Part shown: one piece after another, positions 14,243 to 26,400 of the stretch
How positions within the stretch are numbered: the stretch's first letter is position 1
How the letters are laid out: every line of letters begins with the position of its first letter
NCBI GenBank assembly: GCA_002269645.1
Contig: NIVC01003068.1
Location: 1-53,181 of the forward strand
DNA length: 53,181 nucleotides
From: Macrostomum lignano
Lineage: Eukaryota
Direction: 5' to 3'
The notes under the pieces: model-generated
The model's database searches: none
What the model was told of the DNA's origin: nothing
The model's input: the letters and a program-made list of their open reading frames with translations, nothing else
Position numbers and translations under genes: made by a program

Positions 14243-14692
14243 ATGTCATCCAAGAAAGCTCCGGCCGCCGCCCCAGTTGTTGTTAGCCGCCTCCTAGAAG
14301 ATCGGCTAGCAAAACTAGAAGAAGTAGAGAAGAAAGTCGACCAAGTGTTGCAGTTTGCGTCCAATACTCTGGAAGAGATGGGCAAAGATCGAACCGTCCA
14401 GAAAACTGTTGACGATCATACGAAAAAGTTTATTAACAGTTTGCGCGAAGTTGAAAAAGATATGCTAGAGCAGTTGACTTACCTGAATCAGGTGAGCTGC
14501 GGGCATCCGTACGAGAGCTCCGCCTATGCCGCTAGGCTTCAATCTGATCAAGCCACTGAGCAGGCGGCTATTGTGGCCAATCAGTTGGATGATTTAATCG
14601 CAATCTGTGCCCAGTCTGCCAACGCTTCGTCAGGAGCAACCGCTGGCGGTGATCTCGGTACAGATTTCGAAATGGGCGCCGGATCCAATTAG
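14243..14692 (+). CDS. MED11: Mediator complex subunit 11
   Basis: 149 aa. RLAKLEEVEKKVDQVLQFA..LEEMGKDR and QLTYLNQVSCGHPYESSAY match the metazoan MED11 pattern (RLRALEDIE.., QIRYLTQVATGQPHEGSSY), recognised from memory. Intronless. Confidence 0.88.
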   Translation: MSSKKAPAAAPVVVSRLLEDRLAKLEEVEKKVDQVLQFASNTLEEMGKDRTVQKTVDDHTKKFINSLREVEKDMLEQLTYLNQVSCGHPYESSAYAARLQSDQATEQAAIVANQLDDLIAICAQSANASSGATAGGDLGTDFEMGAGSN

Positions 14693-14796
14693 GCCAATGA
14701 ATAACTTCAGAGAGTACTTGTTAACTCATTTCGTGATGCGCTTAGTTCTAGTGACTTTCCTGCTTTTGTCTTCTGTATTATCTGTGCTCCCTTGTA

Positions 14797-15600
14797 TTTA
14801 CCCTCCCCGTGTCTACCCTCCCCGTGTCTACCCTCCCAGTATTTACCCTCCCCGTGTCTACCCTCCCGTGTCTACCCTCCCGTGTCTACCCTCCCGTGTC
14901 TACCCTCCCCGTGTCTGCCTTCTCGTGTCTACCCTCACCCTGTCTACCCTCCGCGTGTCTATCCTCCCAGTGTCTACCCTCCCCGTGTCTACCCTCCCCG
15001 TGTCTACCCTCCCCGTGTCTGCCCTCCCCGTGTCTACCCTCACCCTGTCTACCCTCCGCGTGTCTATCCTCCAGTGTCTACCCTCCCCGTGTCTACCCTC
15101 CCGTGTCTACCCTCCCCGTGTCTACCCTCCCCGTGTCTACCCTCCCAGTATTTACCCTCCCCGTGTCTACCCTCCCAGTATTTACCCTCCCGTGTCTACC
15201 CTCCCCGTGTCTGCCTTCTCGTGTCTACCCTCACCCTGTCTACCCTCCGCGTGTCTATCCTCCCAGTGTCTACCCTCCCAGTGTCTATCCTCCCAGTGTC
15301 TGCCCTCCCCTTTAATACCCTCCCAGTGTCTGCCCTCCCAGTGTCTGCCCTCCCAGTGTCTGCCCTCCCAGTGTCTGCCCTCCCCTTGAATACCCTCCTA
15401 GTGCCTACCCTCCTAGTGTTTGCCCTCCCCTTGAATACCCTCCTAGTGCCTACCCTCCTAGTGTTTGCCCTCCCCTTAAATACCCTCCTAGTGCCTACCC
15501 TCCTAGTGTTTGCCCTCCCCATGAATACCCTCCTAGTGTCTACCCTCTAGCCCTCCCCGTGTCCACCCTCCCAGTGTCTTCCATCCAATGCCTACCATCC
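14797..15600. repeat. About 15-bp C-rich minisatellite (GTGTCTACCCTCCCC)
   Basis: Directly visible downstream of MED11. Confidence 0.95.
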
Positions 15601-15662
15601 TTGTGTCAACCCTCCTTCCCAGTGTCCACTGCCCCAGTGTCGTTCCGCTCTCTGTGCTCAAA

Positions 15663-15930
15663 TGCCTAAATAATGGAGTTATTGTTAAGCATTATATGCC
15701 TAAATAATGGAGTTATTGTTAAGCATTATATGCCTAAATAATGGAGTTATTGTTAAGCATTATATGCCTAAATAATGGAGTTATTGTTAAGCATTATATG
15801 CCTAAATAATGGAGTTATTGTTAAGCATTATATGCCTAAATAATGGAGTTATTGTTAAGCATTATATGCCTAAATAATGGAGTTATTGTTAAGCATTATA
15901 TGCCTAAATAATGGAGTTATTGTTAAGCAT
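15663..15930. repeat. Perfect 34-bp tandem repeat, about 8 copies
   Basis: The unit CCTAAATAATGGAGTTATTGTTAAGCATTATATG starts at 15665, 15699, ... 15903. Confidence 0.97.
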
Positions 15931-16141
15931 TTACTTGTACATGCGTGCCAATGTGGCCCGAAATGCTTATATATTTAGCCAATTTACATCAGAAATAAAT
16001 GCTGTACAAAATTGTGTTATCTTTTTTCCTTTCTTAGTAAATACTTATCAAGCATTCAACAACTGAAAGTTTGTACACAAAATAGAAAATTTTAAATTTT
16101 CTTTTTTTTTATGACAATAATTGTTTTCGCTCGCATCAACA

Positions 16142-16610
16142 ATGGCTAGCGGTAAGTGACAGTCGAAATGCTTTGCTTAATGTACCTAGTAGACGCTTGG
16201 ACTGTCCAGAGTACTTTCCTTGGTCTTTGGCCCATGCAGGACCCGCTGCTCAGTCTGTGCCCGCCGAGGACAACGACGGCAGCGAAATTGGCGACGACTG
16301 CGAATTCGACGGTGCCGAAGCTGCCGGCCAGGAGGGTGGCGACTTTGCCGAGCCAGAGCTGGAGTTCGATGAGTCCGGGCTGGAGCTCACCGAGAATGAG
16401 GGTGAGCTGCTCTTGGCTGAGAGTCCTTGGGCCTGTCTGTTTGTCTGTCTTGTGTGTGCGTCTGCACCTGTCTGTCTGTCTATGTCTGTCTGTCTATGTC
16501 TATTTTAGTGTCTGTCTGTCTGTCTGTCTATATCTGTTTTAGTCTCTGTCTGTTTGTCTGTCTGTCTGTCTATATCTGTTTTAGTGTCTGTCTGTCTATG
16601 TCTGTTTTAG

Positions 16611-16645
<35 letters not shown>

Positions 16646-16656
16646 GTCTGTTTTAG

Positions 16657-16687
<31 letters not shown>

Positions 16688-17074
16688 ATCTGTTTTAGTC
16701 TCTGTCTGTTTGTCTGTCTGTCTGTCTATATCTGTTTTAGTCTCTGTCTGTTTGTCTGTCTGTCTGTCTATATCTGTTTTAGTGTCTGTCTGTCTATGTC
16801 TGTTTTAGTGTCTGTCTGTCTGTCTGTCTGTCTATGTCTGTTTTAGTCTCTGTCTGTTTGTCTGTCTGTCTGTCTATATCTGTTTTAGTGTCTGTCTGTC
16901 TATGTCTGTTTTAGCGTCTGTCTAGCTGTTTGTCTCTCTGACAAACAGACGGACGGACGGACAGACAGACAGACAGACAGACAAACAGCTAGACAGACAC
17001 TAAAACAGACATAGACAGACAGACACGGACAGACAGACAGACGGGCAGACAAGCAGACAAAGACAGACACTAAA

Positions 17075-17132
<58 letters not shown>

Positions 17133-17351
17133 TAAGACAGACAGCTAGACAGACACTAAAACAGACATACAGACAGACAGGCATACAGACAGACAGACAG
17201 ACACTAAACCAGACATAGACAGACAGACAGACAGACAGACAAACAGCTAGACAGACACTAAACAGACAGACAGGCGGACAGACAAACAGACAGACACTAA
17301 ACCAGACATAGACAGACAGACGGGCAGACAAACAGACAAAGACAGACACTA

Positions 17352-17403
<52 letters not shown>

Positions 17404-20400
17404 TAAGACAGACAGCTAGACAGACACTAAAACAGACATACAGACAGACAGGCATACAGACAGACGGATTGACAGACAGACAGACAGACACTAAACCAGA
17501 CATAGACAGACAGACAGACAAACAGACAGAGACTAAAACAGATAGACAGACACTAAAACAGATATAGACAGACAGACAGACAAACAGACAGACTAAACAG
17601 ATGTCTGTTTAGATAGACAGATAGACAGATGTCTGTCTGTCTGTTTTAGTGTCCTTCTAGCTGTCTGTCTGTCTGTCTCAATTAAATTGTACATACGTGT
17701 GCTAATTTTCACTGTTTACTTGATCAGTCTGTAAACAGTCTGTTTTGTGACTAGCGTCACTAACTAGTCCAGGCTTAGCTAAAATGCAATCCGCTGTCCG
17801 CTAATTACAGAGCAGGAGCCTGGCTTTGTGACAGTGCAGCCAGCTGACTGCTCGGGTGAGAATGCAGCCAAGCAAAGCCTGTCACAATCACTGGAATTAT
17901 TCATATACCTATTTTAAATAATGATTTTTTGCACTGCTAATATCATTCTGTCTAGCATTTGATTGAAGCCAAGAGAATTAAAATTAATTATGTTTGCTAA
18001 TCACTGATGCCTCATGTAGGCATTATAAATCTGTCTCAAGTTAAACAGCATTTATTTATATTTCATTTTTCCCACTTCCTACTTTAGCTCTGGAGACTTT
18101 CGAGGATTACGATGGTAAAAAAATGATACCTAGCCATATGCCTGCACCCATTGACCTTAATATTGTTATTCTCGTACTCGTCAGCACAGTTATACATGCG
18201 CACGCTTAATGAAACTCTGCATATCGTGTAAAGTTTTGTTGTGTTATCATTTTTTATTTATCACGCATCCATGTACGCACATGGATACGTACGCAGGCAC
18301 GCACGCTCACACGGGGTGTACAGCGGCCCTGACTCTCTAACCACCGTCACAGCCATGTACACTCCAAGGACAACTGTAGTATAGCAGGACGCAAAACTCG
18401 TGTAAATATTTTGGAGGCCAATTTCCTAGAATATCATATCATGCTTTTGAAATACTTAGGTGGTTTCTCGGGTGGCCTGGTAGGTCTCTGAATCCCACCG
18501 CTGCCACCAATGTTGTACCTGTGCTTCTCCTGCTGTCTAGCACATTGATTTCGGCTCTCCGTCTTCTCAACCGGAAGCCTTCTATTAGCTCTTAGTAGCG
18601 TAGGTAGTGCTGCCACCCGTTCCTTCAGATCTCGGCCTTCGGTGAGGTGAGCTTCCCGTCGGAACGAAATAAACAAGTCAACGAACTCAGCACAGCGTCC
18701 TGGTCAGCAGATCCCACCGGGCTCAGGGGTGGCTGGGAAGGCAGTGTTGGCCTCCCTTAGGCTTGGGCGTCTAAGTTTAGTCAGGCCAATTACAGATAGC
18801 TTAAATAGGAAACAGGATTAAGACAGAAGACTTAGGGGCTTAGAGAACAATAACATAATCTGGCAAACTAGACAAAAGAAGCACAATAAGAAAAACCCTC
18901 GACTGAACCAAGGGTGAGGGGTACGTATTTATAGGCAGAAAATCCCCGCTGCGCCAGTGTGCGCCGGACCTCGTGACTCTGTTCTATTTTTAGAACTGAC
19001 GTCACCCTCCGCCTTAGAGAAGGCAGGGTCTGCGGGTAAAGTGCACAGGGCCGCATGACTCAGTATCTATTTTTAGAAATGTGAGTCACATTACCTTAGA
19101 GAAGGCAAGGGCCCCGAAGCACGTGATTCCTCCCGTAAACACGGGCCAACGAGTGCAGTAAACATGTTTGCTGCACTTTAGGACTTCGAGAAAACGACTT
19201 GTCAGGTGACTTGCTCACATGACAAGGGAAGCAGGTCACCAGCGTGACCCCAGGACAGGAACGAAACGCAGAGCAGGCTACAGCAGAGAAGCTCGTGGCT
19301 GCAAGCAAGAGCGCAGAGATGAGGGGGGGGGGCGCCAGAGAACAGGCAGCAGAAGGGGAGGGAGGCTGCCCAGCGGCACACAGCAAGCGAGGGCGAAGGG
19401 AGCTGCTGACAATAGTGCGACCCCTAACACCAAACTAGCGGATCACTACACTTTCACCACAAAAATCAATAATTGCATTTGATCTGGCATCATCTGGGTC
19501 ATTGAAGATTATCATTCTTTTAATTTAGCATGCAAAACATGTTTACTCTGTATTTTATATAGCTGTGTAGTGGAGGTTTCATTTTCATATCATTTCAATT
19601 TTATTTCATAATAAAATCTATTCCAGGAAATTGGCCTCCAAAAATGACAAGATCTTTGAGTTTTACGTCCTGTTGTACTACAGTGGTCCTTGGTATACGT
19701 TCTGGGTTGTGGCCTTGCACAGAGTCGAACCCGGTACCTTGGTTTGAGGGTCGGACGCGCGTTACCTCTGATCTATTTTATCCTGTCTCAAAATCCTAAC
19801 ATAATTTTATATCTTTATTACTAGCAGTAGTCTGTTTGTTGGATAGCCTTTATTTACTATTTACTTGATTTACTTTTTATTGCCTTTTTTGCCTTCTGTT
19901 ATCCAGCCATTCCAGTCGAGGATCAGCTCTATTTCATGGCGAACAATCCTGGTAATACTGTGTGCGCAACTCGTCTCAGTCTCAGGCTATTTTTATAACT
20001 GTTAAACATCAGCAACAATAATTGCCACTGCTTTGATTAACAATAACTGATTATTGCATTTTCTACAAAGTCTACCAATCTAACAACAAAAATCTGTCTG
20101 ACGCTAGATGAAGAGTTTATCTAATTTTAATTGTTAAATTTTGATATTTCTACTAACCAGTATCTGATGAGTAGCGAGTTGCGCAACTATTTAACATTGT
20201 ATATTATTTATTTTTCAAACAGAAGACGATCCGTCCGACGAGAATCTCGGCGCCGGTCGCATCACGCCCGAGGGCTACATAGACGAGGACTTCGAGGACA
20301 CGCTTGGCTCACCGGCGACTGAGGTTAATACTCAGGATCTGGTGGACACCGAATTCAAGGAGATTAGTCGGCTGGGTATTATTCAGGTGAAGCTGGCTTT

Positions 20401-23400
20401 CAATTATTGTTTCAATTTCTTTTATCAAAAACTGATTTAGCCTGACACTCCTTTGTTATCACTCCTGACACCTGACTGTTATCACCCTGACACCATCCAT
20501 CATCACTCCTGACACCTGACTGTTATCACCCTGACACCATCCATCATCACTCCTGACACCTGACTGTTATCACCCTGACACCATCCATCATCACTCCTGA
20601 CACCTGCGTGTTATCACCCTGACGACTGCGTGTTATCACCCTGACACCATCCATCATCACTCCTGACACCTGCGTGTTATCACCCTGACGCCTGCGTGTT
20701 ATCACCCTGACACCTGCGTGTTATCACCCTGACGCCTGCGTGTTATCACCCTGACACCATCCATCATCACCCCTGACACCATCCATCATCACCCCTGACA
20801 CCATCCATCATCACTCCTGACACCATCCATCATCACTCCTGACACCATCTATCATCACTCCTGACACCATCCATCATCACTCCTGACACCATCCATCATC
20901 ACTACTGACACCATCCATCATCACTCCTGACACCATCCATCATCACTACTGACACCATCCATCATCACTCCTGACACCATCCATCATCACTCCTGACACC
21001 ATCCATCATCACTACTGACACCATCCATCATCACTACTGACACCATCCATCATCACTCCTGACACCTGCGTGTTATCACCCTGACGCCTGCGTGTTATCA
21101 CCCTGACACCTGCGTGTTATCACCCTGACACCATCCATCATCACTCCTGACACCTGCGTGTTATCACCCTGACGCCTGCGTGTTATCACCCTGACACCAT
21201 CCATCATCACTCCTGACACCATCCATCATCACTCCTGACACCATCCATCATCACTCCTGACACCATTCATCATCACTCCTGACACCATTCATCATCACTC
21301 CTGACACCATCCATCATCACTCCTGACACCATCCATCATCACTCCTGACACCATCCATCATCACTCCTGACACCATCCATCATCACTCCTGACACCATCC
21401 ATCATCACTACTGACACCATCCATCATCACTCCTGACACCATCCATCATCACTACTGACACCATCCATCATCACTACTGACACCATCCATCATCACTCCT
21501 GACACCATCCATCATCACTACTGACACCATCCATCATCACTACTGACACCATCCATCATCACTCCTGACACCTGCGTGTTATCACCCTGACGCCTGCGTG
21601 TTATCACCCTGACACCTGCGTGTTATCACCCTGACACCATCCATCATCACTCCTGACACCTGCGTGTTATCACCCTGACGCCTGCGTGTTATCACCCTGA
21701 CACCATCCATCATCACTCCTGACACCATCCATCATCACTCCTGACACCATCCATCATCACTCCTGACACCATTCATCATCACTCCTGACACCATTCATCA
21801 TCACTCCTGACATCATCCATCATCACTCCTGACACCATCCATCATCACTACTGACACCATCCATCATCACTCCTGACACCATCCATCATCACTCCTGACA
21901 CCATCCATCATCACTACTGACACCATTCATCATCACTCCTGACACCATCCATCATCACTCCTGACACCATCCATCATCACTACTGACACCATCCATCATC
22001 ACTCCTGACACCATCCATCATCACTCCTGACACCATCCATCATCACTCCTGACACCATCCCAACGCTCAGGTTGTTGGTGACGACCGTCTCGGCCGCAAG
22101 GTGATCATCTTCAGTGCGTGTCGGCTGCCGCCGGCCGAGAACTTGGACCACCAGCGCCTGCTAAAGTACATCATTAACACTCTGAGCCAGTACGTGGAGA
22201 ATGACTACGTTTTAGTTTACTTTCATCACGGCCTGAACAGCAAGAACAAACCGAGTTTTGCCTGGCTGAAGCAGGCCTACTCAGAGTTTGACAGGAAGTA
22301 CAAGAAAAATCTAAAAGCATTCCTCATTGTGCATCCGACCAAGCTCATCAAGGCGCTGTACTTTCTGTTTAAGCCGTTTATCAGGTTGGTGGCCTTTGCT
22401 TCTTTAATGGGAATTGATTCAGTGACAGGCTTAGCTATTAATTCAGTGACAGGCTTAGCAATTGATTCAGTGATATACTTAGCTGTTGATTCAGTGACAG
22501 GCTTAGCTATTGATTCAGTGACAGGCTTAGCAATTGATTCAGTGACAGACTTAGCAATTGATTCAGTGATATACTTAGCTGTTGATTCAGTGACAGGCTT
22601 AGCAATTGATTCAGTGACAGGCTTAGCTATTTATTCAGTGACAGGCTTAGCTATTTATTCAGTGACAGGCTTAGCTATTGATTCAGTGACAGCTTAGCTA
22701 TTTATTCAGTGACAGGCTTAGCAATTCAGTCAGTGACAGGCTTAGCAATTCAGTCAGTGACAGGCTTAGCAATTCAGTCAGTGACAGGCTTAGCAATTCA
22801 GTCAGTGACAGGCTTAGCAATTCAGTCAGTGACAGGCTTAGCAATTCAGTCAGTGACAGGCTTAGCGATTCAGTCAGTGACAGGCTTAGCTATTCAGTCA
22901 GTGACAGGCTTAGCAATTCAGTCAGTGACAGGCTTAGCTATTCAGTCAGTGACAGGCTTAGCGATTCAGTCAGTGACAGGCTTAGCGATTCAGTCAGTGA
23001 CAGACTTAGCAATTCAGTCAGTGAAAGGCTTAGCAATTCAGTCAGTGACAGGCTTAGCGATTCAGTCAGTGACAGGCTTAGCTATTCAGTCAGTGACAGG
23101 CTTAGCGATTCAGTCAGTGACAGGCTTAGCAATTCAGTCAGTGACAGGCTTAGCGATTCAGTCAGTGACAGACTTAGCAATTCAGTCAGTGAAAGGCTTA
23201 GCAATTCAGTCAGTGACAGACTTAGCGATTCAGTCAGTGACAGACTTAGCGATTCAGTCAGTGACAGGCTTAGCAATTCAGTCAGTGACAGGCTTAGCAA
23301 TTCAGTCAGTGACAGACTTAGCAATTCATTCAGTGACAGACTTAGCGATTCAGTCAGTGACAGGCTTAGCGATTCAGTCAGTGAAAGGCTTAGCAATTCA

Positions 23401-26400
23401 GTCAGTGAAAGGCTTAGCAATTCAGTCAGTGACAGGCTTAGCAATTCAGTCAATGGCAAGCTTAACAATGTGACAGACTTTTCGACCTTTGTCTAAAGAT
23501 TCTGCTTCATAAATTTGCAGCGTGAAGTTTGGCCGGAAGCTGACCTACGTGAACTACCTGGCAGATTTGAAATCGCAGAATCTTTACTTTGATCAGCTGC
23601 CGATCCCGCAACGCGTCAGAGAGTGAGTTTTATTACTGAGGGATTCTTAGCTTTGTAACATTAATTAGTTTACTTTTTTGACAATTGCCAAATATAGACA
23701 GACAAATTACGATTAAAAGCGATGAGTAATCATTGTAGTAATAGTTTTTTATTTTAGATTTTTATTTGCGCAATCGGGTATTCCATTCGCTGGGCCCAGT
23801 GACAGGTCTAAGCGCATTCGCCTGCTAGTTTACAGTATATTGCGCACTTGCGCCTTCATAAACCAATAATTTATTTTATTAAGCAAGCGGCAAATTGAAA
23901 CCCAGTGCGCTGTGTCAGGCTGCAATCTAAGAGATCTGGGACATTGTCAGGCATGAGCTGCTCTAAAGAGCTGAGCAGTCGTACTGTTCAGCAGGCTAGT
24001 CGGATCCGTTCCACAATTGCTCTGTTCCGGTTCCCGTCCAGCGACCTGCTGACGCCGGCGTCGCCATCGACTTCGCCGTCGTTAACTCGGCGTCGACGAA
24101 ATCGACGTCGGCTTTTCCAAGTAGCCGGCGATATTGGCGGCGGCGGCGTCGACGACGGTGTGAGGCTGCGCCGGTTGACGCTTAGGAAACGGTCGATCTC
24201 GGCCGATTCGACCAGCCTGTACCGCGGCGTCCCTAATGCCGGATTCGTTGATTGGGAATGGTACCAGTGGTCTATTCTGAAAGATTTCTAATATATAATA
24301 AACTGGGTGCTTTCTTGAACAGTTGTAAGAAGCTTCTGATTGTTGAAAGCGTTTTAGAAAAGTTGAATTCTTTCTAGGAAAACTTTTAGATTTCTAGGAA
24401 AAATCGCGGAACGTTTCTAAGAAAATTGTTGGGAAGCTTTCTAGAATTTTTTAAATCCTTCTAGGAAATTTTGGAAGCTTTCTAGGAAAAATATTTGAAA
24501 GATTTCTAGGAAAATTGTTTGGAAGATTTCTAGGAAAATTATTTGGAAGATTTCTAGGAAAATATTTGGAAGATTTCTAGGAAAATTTTAGAAGCTTTGT
24601 CGTAAAATTTAAAAAACTTTCTTGAAAAGTTGTAGAAAGCTTTTTAGGAAGAATATAAAAAGCTTAAGAATTTTCATCAAAACTATCTTTATTGAAGCTG
24701 TCTATGATGATGGTTTCTCAAAAACTTTTGTAACGAATTTGATTATGCTATAAATTTCAGGTTGGATGTTCTTTCTTTGAAAATGATTAATTTATATCTT
24801 AGAATAGAACTTTTCGCGGTCAGTTGTTTGATAGCACTTGTCTAATCTGCAATTTCAAGGTACGACGATTCGATTCAGCCGGCCTCGGGCAATCGGGCTG
24901 CTCTGACGTCTCAGTATTCTCGCTCCGAGGATTTCGCCTACGGCCAGCAGTTGGTTGCCAACCCGCTGCCAGCCACTCAGTTTGGAGTCAGCCTGCAGCA
25001 GTGAGTGGCTTGAGCTTGACTGTCCGAGTGTGTGTCTGTCTAATTGATTTCGGAGTCTGTTCCTTGTCCGACTGTGTCCGAGTCTGGGTGTGTCCTTGTC
25101 CGACTGTGTCCGAGTGTGGGTGTGTCCTTGTCCGACTGTGTCCGAATCTGGGTGTGTCCTTTCCGACTGTGTCCGAGTCTGGGTGTGTCCTTGTCCGAAT
25201 TTTTCCGAGTCTGCCTGGGTGTTTTATTGTCCGACTGTGTCTCGAGTCTTGGTGTGTCCTTGTCCGACTGTGTCCGAATCTGGGTGTGTCCTTGTCCGAC
25301 TGTGTCCGAATCTGGGTGTGTCCTTGTCCGACTGTGTCCGAGTCTGGGTGTGTCCTTGTCCGACTGTGTCCAAGTCTGGGTGTGTCCTTTCCGACTGTGT
25401 CCGAGTCTGGGTGTGTCCTTTCCGACTGTGTCCGAGTCTGGGTGTGTCCTTGTCCGACTGTGTCCGAGTCTGGGTGTGTCCTTGTCCGAATGTGTCCGAG
25501 TCTGGGTGTGTCCTTGTCCGAATGTGTCCGAATCTGGTTGTTTCCTTGTCTGACTGTGTCCGAGTCTGCCTGGGTGTTTTATTGTCCGACTGTGTCTCGA
25601 GTATTGGTGTGTCCTTGTCCGACTGTCCGAATCTGGTTGTTTCCTTGTCCGACTGTGTCTGAGTCTGGGTGCTTTTGTCCGACCTAGTCTGAGTCTGACT
25701 GTCTCGATTCTGAGTGTTTTCTGGTTATGTCCGCCGGTATTCGAGTCTAATTTAGTTTGTCTTTATTTAAATCTGACATGACATTCGTATCCCAATCTGA
25801 TCATATTGAGTAAGTATCCCAGGTTACAATACATGAAACTGTTTCTCTGCCTTCATCTTACTCCCAGCATCAAGCACTATAACGGCGGCAGCGTCATCTG
25901 TCCTGTGGTTGAGCACACTATCAAATACCTGCGCGAGTGCTGCCTTGACGTTGAGGGCCTGTTCCGTCGTTCGTGTAGCGTTGCCCAAGTCCAGGATGTT
26001 CAAGAGAAGTATAACAGAGGTAAGAATTGCCCTAGCTCTGCTGTCTGAGTTTGCTTGTCTCTAGTCTCTAGAGCCTAGAGTTTTCATCCTGATCCTCAGG
26101 CTGGTCTGTCACTCCTTCCTCGTCCTCGGTCTCACTCTCTCCTAGTCCTCGATTTGTGTCTGTCACTCTCCTAGTCCTAGATTTTTGTCTGTCACTCCTA
26201 GTTCTCAATTTGTGTGCCTGTCACTCTCTTAATTCTCACTTTGTCTGTCACTCTCCTAGCACTCAATTTTTGTCTATCACTCTACTAGTTCTCAATCTGT
26301 GTCTGTCACTCTCCTATTTTTTAATTTGTGTCACTCTGGTAATTCTCAATTTGTGTCTGTCACTCCTAGTTCTCAATCTGTGTCTGTCACTCTCCTAGTT

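Noticed and set aside
14488-14500. CAG|GTGAGC donor-like site inside MED11
   Set aside because: The reading frame continues through the conserved QVSCGHPYE motif, so it is coding.
15663-15930. CRISPR-like 34-bp repeats (also the 31- and 34-bp arrays at 29-34 kb)
   Set aside because: Units are head-to-tail with no unique spacers, there are no cas genes, and the context is eukaryotic.
18492-18509. Possible tRNA-Leu gene
   Set aside because: Only the 3' 18 nt including an encoded CCA are present, next to an LTR end. This is a primer binding site.
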